From positions 2,653 through 66,652 of the forward strand of contig JAKLJI010000018.1 in the NCBI GenBank assembly GCA_023151275.1: 64,000 nt of DNA. The letters run 5' to 3'. The first letter of the stretch is position 1. Every line of letters starts with the position of its first letter. The stretch comes from Bacteroidia bacterium. Lineage in GTDB: Bacteria > Bacteroidota > Bacteroidia > UKL13-3. Shown one piece after another: positions 40,486 to 49,815 of the stretch. The position numbers and the translations under genes were made by a program. The notes beneath the pieces were generated by a model that saw only the letters and a program-made list of their open reading frames with translations, ran no database searches and was not told the DNA's origin.

Positions 40486-41955
40486 ATGAAGCTCCCTTTT
40501 GAACAAATCCGGAAAGGAATTATCGGCATCGATGCCCAAATCCAGGATAAAAATGGAAATCCTATCCCCATGCTGTACGCCGATTGGACAGCCTCAGGTC
40601 GCGCCTATGAGCCTATTGAAGAGCGATTTAGAAAAGAAGTTCTTCCTTTCCTTGCCAATACCCATACCGAAACAAATACCTCGGGGAAAATTATGACCAT
40701 GGCCTATCATCAGGCTCAACAATTGATAAAAAAACATGTCAATGCTGGTCCCGACGATCGATTAATTGCTGCTTATACCGGTATGACAGGAGTGGTGAAT
40801 AAACTGCAACGCATGATGGGACTTCGCATTCATGAGCGCTATCAAAACCAAGTTGATATTCCTCAAGAAGATAGACCTGTTGTGTTTATTACTCACATGG
40901 AGCATCATTCCAATCAAACCTCTTGGCTGGAAACAATTTGCGAGGTTGTGGTTGTGCCTCCCGATGAAAACGGGTTGGTATCTCCCGCTTTATTTGATGA
41001 AACCATTCAACGCTATGGAGACCGTAAGCACAAAATTGCAGCAATTAGCAGTGCTTCGAATGTAACGGGTATCATCAATCCTTATCATGAAATTGCCGGC
41101 ATTATCCATAAATACGGTGGATTGTGTTTTGTTGACTTTGCCTGCTCTGCTCCTTACATAAACATCAATATGCATCCCGAGGCAGAAGGCCAGCATCTGG
41201 ATGCCATATACTTTTCGCCCCATAAATTCTTAGGTGGACCTGGTTCTTCAGGCGTGTTAATCTTTCATAAAAGTTTATACACCAATCAGATTCCGGACAC
41301 ACCGGGTGGTGGAACTGTTGAATGGACCAACCCTTGGGGGGGGAGGCAATATTATTCCAATATCGAATTGAGAGAAGACGGCGGCACTCCCGGATTCCTT
41401 CAGACAATTCGCACGGCCTTGGCTATTCAATTGAAAGAGCAAATGGGAACCGATGAAATTGCAAAACGCGAAGAGGAGCAATTGGCAATTCTTTGGCCCT
41501 ATTTGGATGCAAGCCCGGGTCTGGTAATTCTCGCAGGGCAACATCGCCATCGTTTAGGTGTAATTTCCTTTTACATTGAAGGATTGCATTACCTGCTTGC
41601 CGTTCGTATGCTAAACGACCGTTTCGGAATCCAAACACGTGGCGGATGTTCTTGCGCAGGCACTTACGGACATTTCCTGCTTCATGTTGACCCTGAAACC
41701 TCCCATACCATTACCGATAAAATCAATAATGGAGATTATTCTCAAAAGCCGGGTTGGGTACGGATGTCCATTCATCCTTGCATGACGGATAATGAAATGC
41801 ATGAATTGGGAAAAGCCATTCAGCAACTTGCTCAGAACTGGCAGGAATGGACAAAGGATTATTCTGTAAACCTGGTTAAACTAGAAGTGGAAAAAGCTGA
41901 TTCCCATGAAGGCTTTGAAGAAATGCAGGTAGCAGAAATTTTCAAGGAATTTTAA
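40486..41955 (+). CDS. Class-V PLP-dependent aminotransferase (cysteine desulfurase/selenocysteine lyase-like)
   Basis: YADWTASGR, ANTHTE, MEHHSN, FSPHKFLGGPG (PLP lysine), EDGGTP and RGGCSCAG motifs. Confidence 0.9.
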   Translation: MKLPFEQIRKGIIGIDAQIQDKNGNPIPMLYADWTASGRAYEPIEERFRKEVLPFLANTHTETNTSGKIMTMAYHQAQQLIKKHVNAGPDDRLIAAYTGMTGVVNKLQRMMGLRIHERYQNQVDIPQEDRPVVFITHMEHHSNQTSWLETICEVVVVPPDENGLVSPALFDETIQRYGDRKHKIAAISSASNVTGIINPYHEIAGIIHKYGGLCFVDFACSAPYININMHPEAEGQHLDAIYFSPHKFLGGPGSSGVLIFHKSLYTNQIPDTPGGGTVEWTNPWGGRQYYSNIELREDGGTPGFLQTIRTALAIQLKEQMGTDEIAKREEEQLAILWPYLDASPGLVILAGQHRHRLGVISFYIEGLHYLLAVRMLNDRFGIQTRGGCSCAGTYGHFLLHVDPETSHTITDKINNGDYSQKPGWVRMSIHPCMTDNEMHELGKAIQQLAQNWQEWTKDYSVNLVKLEVEKADSHEGFEEMQVAEIFKEF

Positions 41956-42119
41956 TTCGGGAGAAGGCTTGAATTCGTGAACGATTTAGATTTAGCAGCT
42001 ATGGCTACTGGCTATAGCTATGGCTTTAGCGGCGTAACTGATCTTTGTAAGTTTGATTTTCTGAAAAAGCTTTTGCGCCTCGGTAAAAACTAGCCCGCCA
42101 AAGGCGGACGGGTGCCATT

Positions 42120-43050
42120 ATTCACTTCTTCCTGTGTTAATTTTACCATGAAGGAATGAAGGAAATGAAGCATTCCATCCTGAATCCTTACTCCAGCAGT
42201 ATTCTGAAAATACCATGAATTGATGCTTGAACCAAGAATCTCCTTCATGTTTCTTCACTTCTTCATGTTTTAATTTTACCATGAAGGAATGAAGGCAATG
42301 AAGCATTCAATCCTGAATCCTTACTCCAGCAGTATTCTGAAAATACCATGAATTGATACATGAATTAAGAATCTCCTTCATGTTTCTTCACTTCTTCATG
42401 TTTTTCAATTTACCATGAAGGAATGAAGGAAATGAAGCATTCATTCTTGAATCTTTATTCCAGCAATATTTTAAAATAACCATGAATTGATGCATGAACC
42501 AAGATTCCCCTTCATGTTTCTTCACTTCTTCATGGTTTTCAATTTACCATGAAGGGATGAAGGGAATGAAGCATTCATTCAACAATACTTACTCCAGAAA
42601 AATTCTAAAATTTCCATGCGTTGATGCTTGAATCAAGAATCTCCTTCATGTTTCTTCACTTCTTCATGGTTTTCAATTTACCATGAAGGGATGAAGGGAA
42701 TGAAGCATTCAATCATTAATCTTTACTTCAGCAATGTTCTTAAATTAACATGAATTGATGCATGAACCGAGATTCCTCTTCATGTTTCTTCACTTCTTCA
42801 TGGTTTTTATTTTACCAAAAAGGAATGAAGGAAATGAAGCATTCAATCCTGAATCTTTACTCCAGCAATGTTCTTAAATTAACATGAATTGATGCATGAA
42901 TCAATAGTCCTCTTCATGTTTCTTCACTTCTTCATGGTTTTTATTTTACCAAAAAGGAATGAAGGAAATGAAGCATTCATTCTTGAATCTTTACTCCAGC
43001 TATGTTCTAAAATAACCTTGAGTTCATGCCTGAACAACCCGTTCCCTTCA
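42120..43050. repeat. Tandem array of seven ~134-bp units, each bounded by imperfect inverted arms
   Basis: Unit starts (ACC) at 42145, 42278, 42412, 42546, 42680, 42814 and 42948. Left arm ACCATGAAGGAATGAAGGAAATGAAG, right arm CTTCATGTTTCTTCACTTCTTCATGGT. Confidence 0.95.
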
Positions 43051-43161
43051 TTTTTCTGTAACCAGGGGGAACCTGAATTGCGGGTAGCATAATAAAGCAG
43101 GAAATGGCTATTGGCTATGGCTTAAATGGCGTGAACGATTTTCAATTGTATGACTTTTGTT

Positions 43162-44148
43162 TCAAATCCCGTGTTTCTGATTCGCTAACAATTCTTTGCT
43201 GGTCCATGCAATGCGGGTTTTGGTTGGCTGCTTCCTTTGATGGCATTCTGCCAGCTGACAAATGCTGCAACTGCTTGCTATGCAAGGATCAGCATGGATA
43301 AAAAGTTCAACCTCTGCATGGAATTTATCGGCTACCAACTCTTCCAAAGCACTTACTTGCTCGTGGGCTTGCTCAAGGCTATAATACCAGGGCAAGGTGA
43401 GATGCGCATCAACATGGATGAGTGAACCGTATTTCAACATGCGCACATTGTGCATGTCAATCCATTCCTTGCGTCTGTTTTCTTCAAGCACTTTGGCAAT
43501 TTGTTCAAGCTTCTCCTCATCGGCTTCATCCATCAAACCCGATAATGAACTTTTCAATAAACCAATTCCCGTTATTACAATGCCAATGCCCAAGGCCACA
43601 GATATTACGCCATCAAGCCAGTTTAACTTGGTAAAATAGACCAAGCCTAATCCTACAATCAATCCTAAACTCGACCAGGTATCTGTTAGCAAATGTTTGC
43701 CGTCTGCAACCAAAGTGGGAGAGTGGTGCTTTTTGCCTGTTTTTACCAGCGATGAACCCAGGAAATAATTGACCAATCCTGCGGCGGCAGTGAGTAGGAT
43801 GCCGGTATCCAATTGACGAATATCACGCGGATGAATAAAGCTCATGGCTGCTTCGTACAGGATGTACATGGCTGCCATGATGATCAACCCACCTTCAAAA
43901 CCTGCTGATATGTACTCTATTTTTCCATGTCCATACGGATGTTCTTTATCGCGTGGCTTCATGCTCAACTTCAAGCTAAACCAGGCAAATGCTCCCGCAC
44001 CTACATTGATAATGGATTCAAGCGCATCGGTTAATATGGCCATCGAACCAGTTAGCCCAAAAGCAATGAATTTTACTCCCATCAATAAGGTGCCAATCCA
44101 AAAGGTTAGTCGAATGGCCTTAAGTTTTATTTCTTGATTTTGCTCCAT
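43162..44148 (-). CDS. Cation diffusion facilitator family transporter
   Basis: LTDALES, HPYGHGKIE and ADGKHLLTD motifs; about 6 TM helices; C-terminal IHADP plus a Cys-rich tail. Confidence 0.93.
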   Translation of the reverse strand: MEQNQEIKLKAIRLTFWIGTLLMGVKFIAFGLTGSMAILTDALESIINVGAGAFAWFSLKLSMKPRDKEHPYGHGKIEYISAGFEGGLIIMAAMYILYEAAMSFIHPRDIRQLDTGILLTAAAGLVNYFLGSSLVKTGKKHHSPTLVADGKHLLTDTWSSLGLIVGLGLVYFTKLNWLDGVISVALGIGIVITGIGLLKSSLSGLMDEADEEKLEQIAKVLEENRRKEWIDMHNVRMLKYGSLIHVDAHLTLPWYYSLEQAHEQVSALEELVADKFHAEVELFIHADPCIASSCSICQLAECHQRKQPTKTRIAWTSKELLANQKHGI

Positions 44149-44149
44149 C

Positions 44150-45550
44150 TCAGAAAATCTTACCCGGATTCAAAATGCCCCTCGGGTCGAAGGCCAATTT
44201 TATTCCCCGCATCAGTTGAAGCTGAGATTCGGGCATAACCACAGGCATGTATTTTTTCTGGACATATCCAATGCCGTGCTCTCCACTTATGGTACCACCC
44301 AGCTTTTTACACAATTCAAAAATCTCAACAATGGCCTTGTCCAAATCCCCATTCCAGAATGCATCCGGTAATTGGTCTTTTAAGATGTTTACATGAAGGT
44401 TGCCATCACCTGCATGTCCATAACAAACCGTTCTAAATCCATAGCGTTGGCTTATTTCTTTTACACCCGAAAACAAGCGAGGCAATTCAGCCCTGGGAAC
44501 AACAGTATCTTCCTCTTTGTACACATTCCCATGCTTGGTAGCTTCACCAATGCTTCTGCGCAGTTTCCAGAAATATTCTTTTTCATCCGAACTCTGAGCC
44601 AGCAAAACTTCACTAGCACCAAACTCATCCAACACCACACTTATTTTCTCGCAGTCAAGCATCAGGTTGTTCAGGTCGTTGCCATCTACTTCAATCAACA
44701 AATAAGCTCCAATTCCTTCCTTAATTTCAAAAGGAATATTTAGCATGGTTGACGACAAGCGAAAGCCTTCCGGTTCCACAAATTCGCAAACAGAAGGAGT
44801 GCATCCGGCTCTGAAAATTCCACTCACCGCTTCGCATGCATTTTCAGGTGAAGGGAACGAAGCCAGCATCAGCAAGGTTTGTTCAGGATGAGGTATCAAG
44901 CGGAATTGAATTTTGGTAATCACCCCCAAGGTTCCTTCACTCCCAATTAGCAAGTGAGTGAGGTTGTATCCGGTTGAATATTTTAAGGTATTTGCTCCCG
45001 TTTCAATAACCTCACCATTGGCAAGCACCAATTCCATGTTTAACACATAATCGCGTGTGGTGCCGTATTTAACCGCCCTTGGTCCACCACTGCTATGACT
45101 CAAATTGCCACCTAAAAAACAGGAACCCTTGCTTGCCGGATCGGGAGGATAAAACAACCCCTTTTCACGCACGGCTTGTTGAAACACTTCATTGATAACT
45201 CCCGGTTCAACTGTTGCCTGAAAATTGCGCTCATCAATTTCGAGAATGCGGTTGAATCGTTCCATACTCAACACCACGCCACCATAAACGGGCAATGCCC
45301 CACCACTCAATCCGGTGCCAGCACCGCGCGGGGTGACAGGGATATGCATGGTATTGCAATGCGCAAGCACTTTTGAAACCTCTTGCGTAGTTCCCGGTTT
45401 CACAACTACTGCCGGCATAAAACGTAAATCCTCCGTATAATCCTTCGAATAGGTGTTTAGCAGTTCAGGGTCGGTTACTACCTGGTCATCACCCACAATA
45501 GTTCTGAAAACGGCAATATCATCAGCACTTGGCTGGCAGAATTCATTCAT
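44150..45550 (-). CDS. FAD-linked oxidase (GlcD / D-lactate dehydrogenase family)
   Basis: RGAGTGLSGG, PPDPAS, GSEGTLG, GHAGDGNLH, SGEHGIG and FDPRGILNPGK motifs; start moved to the ATG at 45550. Confidence 0.9.
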   Translation of the reverse strand: MNEFCQPSADDIAVFRTIVGDDQVVTDPELLNTYSKDYTEDLRFMPAVVVKPGTTQEVSKVLAHCNTMHIPVTPRGAGTGLSGGALPVYGGVVLSMERFNRILEIDERNFQATVEPGVINEVFQQAVREKGLFYPPDPASKGSCFLGGNLSHSSGGPRAVKYGTTRDYVLNMELVLANGEVIETGANTLKYSTGYNLTHLLIGSEGTLGVITKIQFRLIPHPEQTLLMLASFPSPENACEAVSGIFRAGCTPSVCEFVEPEGFRLSSTMLNIPFEIKEGIGAYLLIEVDGNDLNNLMLDCEKISVVLDEFGASEVLLAQSSDEKEYFWKLRRSIGEATKHGNVYKEEDTVVPRAELPRLFSGVKEISQRYGFRTVCYGHAGDGNLHVNILKDQLPDAFWNGDLDKAIVEIFELCKKLGGTISGEHGIGYVQKKYMPVVMPESQLQLMRGIKLAFDPRGILNPGKIF

Positions 45551-45618
45551 GCCGCAAATTACAGGGATTTTGGCGATGCTCAAGGTGGTTTTTTCAGGTC
45601 CTTTTTTATCTTTGGACA

Positions 45619-47790
45619 ATGAGGAAATCTGTACTTCTGTTTTTGCTGGCTAGTGCCTTTGGTTTTCATTCCTTTGCTCAAGCAACAAAATCCATTACAT
45701 TGGAAGATATCTGGACACGCGGCACTTTCAGTTCCCGCTTTGTTGCCGGGTTTAATTCCATGAACGATGGCCGCTATTATTGCGGACTTGATGAAAAACG
45801 TAACCTCTTACGCTACGAATTCAGCAGCGGAAACTTGGTGGATACTCTTTTAAGTGTTGCCAAGCTTCGTGAAGCCAATGGCGGACAAAGTCTGGATTTC
45901 GACAATTATTCCTTTTCAACCGACGAAAAAAGTTTATTGCTTTCTACCCAAACCGAATCCATTTACAGGCATTCATCCAAATCGGTGTATTATGTGTACC
46001 GCTTGCAGGAAGGTAAGCTCATCAAACCCATCGAAGCAAAAGTGCGCTATGCCGATTTCTCACCGGATGCTTCCAAACTGGCTTATGTAAAAGACAATAA
46101 CCTGTTTGTGTTTGACCTAGCCAGGATGCAGGAAATTCAAGTCACCACAGACGGAAAAGAAAATGCCATTATCAACGGTGGCACTGATTGGGTATACGAG
46201 GAAGAGTTCGCCATTTGGAAAGGATTTCAATGGAATGCCACAGGCGATAAAATTGCATTTTACCGCTTCGATGAATCCAAGGTAAAGCAATTCAATTTTG
46301 CGGTTTACGGTAGCTTGTATCCACAGAATACAGAGTTTAAGTATCCCAAAGCAGGAGAGGACAATTCCCTGGTTGGGCTGTATGTGTATGAATTAAAAAC
46401 CAATCAGGTAGTAGAAGTTGAAACCGGAAAAGAAACCGACCAATACCTGCCACGTTTCAGTTGGACCCGCAATGCCAATACCCTTGCAGTTCAGCGCTTG
46501 AACCGCCTTCAAAACAAGCTCGAAATTCTTCTTGCAGATGCCTCAACCGGTTCCTCCAAAGTGGTTTGGACAGAAGAGAACAAAGCCTATGTAGAAGTGG
46601 GCGACGATTTGTTTTTCCTTCCCGATGGCAAATCGTTTTTGATCAGCAGCGAACGCGATGGATTTAAGCACCTCTACCAATTTGGAATGAATGGGAAACT
46701 CATTCGCCAACTCACCAAAGGCAATTTTGATTTGGATGAAATTTATGGATTTGATGAAAAGAACAAGCGCATTTATTTCTCAGCTGCTATGCGTCATCCC
46801 GCAGAACGCGAAGTGTATTGGGTAGATTTGAAAGGCAAAAAGCCCGTATGCATTACGCCCAAAAAAGGATGGAATTCAGCATCTTTCAATAGCGATTTTA
46901 CTTATTTCCTGCACAGTTGGAGTGCGCTAAACCAGCCCTATGTTTTTTCCCTATGCAAAGCAGATGGCAATGTCGTTCGCGTATTGGAAGACAATGCCTC
47001 ATTAGCTGCAAAGTTGCCTGAATATGGAGTATCACCCGGCTTTTTCCTAAACATGAAAAACAGCAAAGGCATGGACTTAAGCAGTTGGGTGATTCGTCCT
47101 GCCGATTTTGATTCAAGCAAAAAATATCCTGTTTTGATGTATGTTTATGGAGGTCCCGGCTCACAAACGGTAATGAACCGTTGGTCGGGAGGAAATTACC
47201 TCTGGTTTCAACTGCTGGCACAAAAGGGTTTTGTAGTAATATCGGTAGATGGACGCGGAACCGGCTTCAAAGGCGAAGCATTCAAAAAATGCACCTACCT
47301 CAATTTGGGAGGATTGGAAATTGAAGACCAGATTGACATTGCCAGGCAATTAAAAAATCAGAAATGGGTAGATGCAAACCGCATATCCATTTGGGGATGG
47401 AGCTTTGGCGGGTATATGTCGTCATTGGGCATAAGCAAAGGAGCCGATGTGTTTAGCAAAGCCATAGCCGTTGCACCCGTAACCAATTGGCGTTACTACG
47501 ACAATATCTACACCGAACGCTACATGCGCAAACCCCAGGAAAATGGGGCCAATTACGACAGCAATTCGCCCATCAACCATGTAGATAAAATAAGCGGAAA
47601 GTACCTACTCATTCATGGCACAGCCGACGACAATGTGCATTTCCAAAACGCAGTTGAAATGGTAGATGCCATGATTAAAAAAGGCGTGAAATACGACAGT
47701 GAATTTTATCCCAACAAAAACCACGGCATAGGCGGCGGCAAAACCCGATTGCATTTGTACGAGCGCATGACCCGTTTTTTGTTGGATTAG
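45619..47790 (+). CDS. Dipeptidyl peptidase IV (S9B)
   Basis: DWVYEEEF, GWSFGG (Ser), HGTADDNVH (Asp) and YPNKNHGI (His); signal peptide from the ATG at 45619. Confidence 0.95.
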   Translation: MRKSVLLFLLASAFGFHSFAQATKSITLEDIWTRGTFSSRFVAGFNSMNDGRYYCGLDEKRNLLRYEFSSGNLVDTLLSVAKLREANGGQSLDFDNYSFSTDEKSLLLSTQTESIYRHSSKSVYYVYRLQEGKLIKPIEAKVRYADFSPDASKLAYVKDNNLFVFDLARMQEIQVTTDGKENAIINGGTDWVYEEEFAIWKGFQWNATGDKIAFYRFDESKVKQFNFAVYGSLYPQNTEFKYPKAGEDNSLVGLYVYELKTNQVVEVETGKETDQYLPRFSWTRNANTLAVQRLNRLQNKLEILLADASTGSSKVVWTEENKAYVEVGDDLFFLPDGKSFLISSERDGFKHLYQFGMNGKLIRQLTKGNFDLDEIYGFDEKNKRIYFSAAMRHPAEREVYWVDLKGKKPVCITPKKGWNSASFNSDFTYFLHSWSALNQPYVFSLCKADGNVVRVLEDNASLAAKLPEYGVSPGFFLNMKNSKGMDLSSWVIRPADFDSSKKYPVLMYVYGGPGSQTVMNRWSGGNYLWFQLLAQKGFVVISVDGRGTGFKGEAFKKCTYLNLGGLEIEDQIDIARQLKNQKWVDANRISIWGWSFGGYMSSLGISKGADVFSKAIAVAPVTNWRYYDNIYTERYMRKPQENGANYDSNSPINHVDKISGKYLLIHGTADDNVHFQNAVEMVDAMIKKGVKYDSEFYPNKNHGIGGGKTRLHLYERMTRFLLD

Positions 47791-47951
47791 GTAAAAGGCA
47801 AGCCGCATCCATTCGAGGCAAATGGCTATTCTAAAAATCAATCAAACGCAGCGCATAATTGATTTAGGTAGATGGGCCTTGCCGCGAAACATAAGGCCTT
47901 GCTAAGTTTAGAAATTCGTTTCCACGCGGCCGGGTCTTCCGTTTGTACTCC

Positions 47952-48036
47952 GCGGCAGCAAGCTTAAGCGTTTTTAGCAGCCGGTAGTGGCCTTCTGCCG
48001 GCAGCCCTCCCGGCCGCAAAACGCTAAAGCCGCCGC
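47952..48036. repeat. GC-rich imperfect palindrome at the border of the toxin region
   Basis: GCGGC..GCTTAAGCGTTTTTAGCAGCCGG...CCGGCCGCAAAACGCTAAAGCCGCCGC forms a long imperfect stem. Confidence 0.5.
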
Positions 48037-48398
48037 CTTGCGGGGTACCACTCCAGCCCCTAAGGCAAACGTTCCAATTGGGTTTACGTAATTTTCCAAG
48101 AAGTTTGATGGTATAGTTGTGACAACGCTCTAAGTTGGAACCACACTGCAAAATTTTAGAGTGCCAAAATACGTGTGCCAGCTAGGGGGCAAGTTCAAAG
48201 AGAAAGCCACACCGCCCAAAACAAGACAATGAGGAACCAAGCAGGCAAGAAAGTTTGGTGAAGCAGCAAAAGCTTACAGTTTTCAAACTACCCTTTTATG
48301 CCATTAACATGCCACTATCATGCCTTTATCCTGCCTTTATCTTGCCATCTCCCCACTCCAAATTTTGACTGGTAATTACCATTCCTCTAAAGCGAGTT

Positions 48399-48579
48399 AA
48401 CCCGGATTATGCATTTGAACTTCGTCATGATGGCCAAAAGGCCAAAGAAATTGGCTGTTTCGCGAGTAAGGCATACCAGATTTGGTATGCTGAGTGAGAG
48501 AAACGAGTAATTTCACAGGTATTTTGGAACGTAATAGCTGATAAATTGAAAATAGATTGACTAATGCATATTTCGGGTT
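48399..48579 (+). mobile_element. MITE/ERIC-like element, copy 2
   Basis: AACCCGGATTATGCATTTG...GCATACCAGATTTGGTATGC...AATGCATATTTCGGGTT; homologous to the other two copies. Confidence 0.8.
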
Positions 48580-48623
48580 CCTAAGTTGGAACCGGTGGGG
48601 CAAATAAGTTTGGCGCTTTTGCC

Positions 48624-48946
48624 TTATAAATATTCCTTAATCAGTTCCTGAATTTGCTTGTCTGTAAGGTTATTTACTTCTCCTTTGGAGTAGATAGAGA
48701 AAAGTAAAACGGTAGTTTGTGCAACTTTTACAAAAGTTAAGACCCTCGCGCCCCCGGATTTTCCTTTGTTTTTAGAAGCAATTGCCAAGCGGATTTTATA
48801 AATGTCATTTCCAAGTGGAGCCAAGTGTTGGGTTCTCTTCAAGTTCGGTAAAAAGTTCGGCAAGTTCCTTTTTTGAGAGGGTATTTTTTGGCAAGCCTTT
48901 TGGCTTCCTTTTGAAAATTGGCGGTAAGTTCAATACTATAATTCAT
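48624..48946 (-). pseudogene. RelE/HigB-like type II toxin, disrupted by two frameshifts
   Basis: From the ATG at 48946: MNYSIELTANFQKEAKRLAKKYP, then a frameshift to ELAELFTELEENPTLG, then a second frameshift to PLGNDIYKIRLAIASKNKGKSGGARV...IYSKGE. Confidence 0.8.
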
Positions 48947-49148
48947 TCAAAAAATCTTTTGCAGATTTGGTTTTTAGCTTTCCGTTTTTGAAAAGATTTA
49001 CTTCTTCCAGGCCTGCTTTTATGTTCTCTAAATCATCTTCGTTGGGTTCCTCATCTGTCTCGATTTTCTTTACGTAGTGCAGGTTTTTAACCAATTCAAT
49101 AAAGTGGTTATACTCTTTATCTGTTGTATATACTGTTATGTGTCTCAT
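48936..49148 (-). CDS. Small antitoxin partner of the RelE-like toxin
   Basis: 70 aa, acidic; FIELVKNL.YV and IKAGLEEV.L...GKLKTKSAKDFLNEL motifs; its stop overlaps the toxin start. Confidence 0.75.
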   Translation of the reverse strand: MRHITVYTTDKEYNHFIELVKNLHYVKKIETDEEPNEDDLENIKAGLEEVNLFKNGKLKTKSAKDFLNEL

Positions 49149-49233
49149 ACTTTAATACTGTTTGAATTTTCTATACAAAGAAAGTCAGAATTTTTTGATT
49201 GGATAGTATGCTAATTTAGCTATTTATTCGGCG

Positions 49234-49588
49234 ATGGCTGACTTTTTTTGACAAGTCGTAAATCTAGTTTTTGGCTTTGAATTTTGTCTTGGGGATTGAT
49301 TTTGAGTTCATGACCTATGATCCCCAATTGGGCCCTTGGTGGCAAGCCGACCCCTTGATGCAGCATGCATCTTCTTACCTGGCCATGAGCAATAACCCGG
49401 TTTTGTTTACAGACCCTTTGGGCTTATGGGATGATGATGTTTATGGAAACAACGATGGACCTTATACAGCTTGGAGAGGGGTGGATGAAAACGGAAGACT
49501 CCTGGTGGCTGGGATTACAGGGAAAATTGGATTTACACTGAATCATACTAATTTTAACTGGAATTATTCTTCAGAACAAGTAGGATGA
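49234..49588 (+). pseudogene. Orphan RHS core/C-terminal fragment
   Basis: 49297-49433 matches 57792-57928 at 132/137 nt (YDPQLG.WWQADPL...[12 protein letters not shown]), followed by a different, truncated tip. Confidence 0.8.
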
Positions 49589-49815
49589 CTTCTATAAGTT
49601 TAAGTAGAATAAATTTTGCGTATTACTTCAAATTCAAAATAAACAGTAGAAATTAGTTAAAATTAAAGCCTTGCTTGTCAGGCTTTTCCAAATATTATAC
49701 ACAAATTCTAGGGAAAAGGGAGTGGATTTTTTAATTTTGAGTAAATTTTTTGTAAAATTGACCTCAGTTGGTTTTATCAATAACTAAGATGTAAAATTTA
49801 TCATAGCCTTAAGAA

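Noticed and set aside
42120-43050. CRISPR array
   Set aside because: The period is ~134 bp, the variable cores are homologous to each other rather than unique spacers, and there are no cas genes in the window.
42118-43092. ORFs 42118-42306 and 42889-43092
   Set aside because: They are translations of the repeat array; the unit length is mostly not a multiple of 3 and there is no sustained frame.
45529-45619. Apparent head-to-head overlap of the GlcD-like and DPP-IV ORFs
   Set aside because: This is an artefact of over-extended starts; the ATGs at 45550 (-) and 45619 (+) give sensible N-termini with no overlap.
48397-48603. 68-aa ORF
   Set aside because: It coincides with MITE copy 2 and has no protein features.
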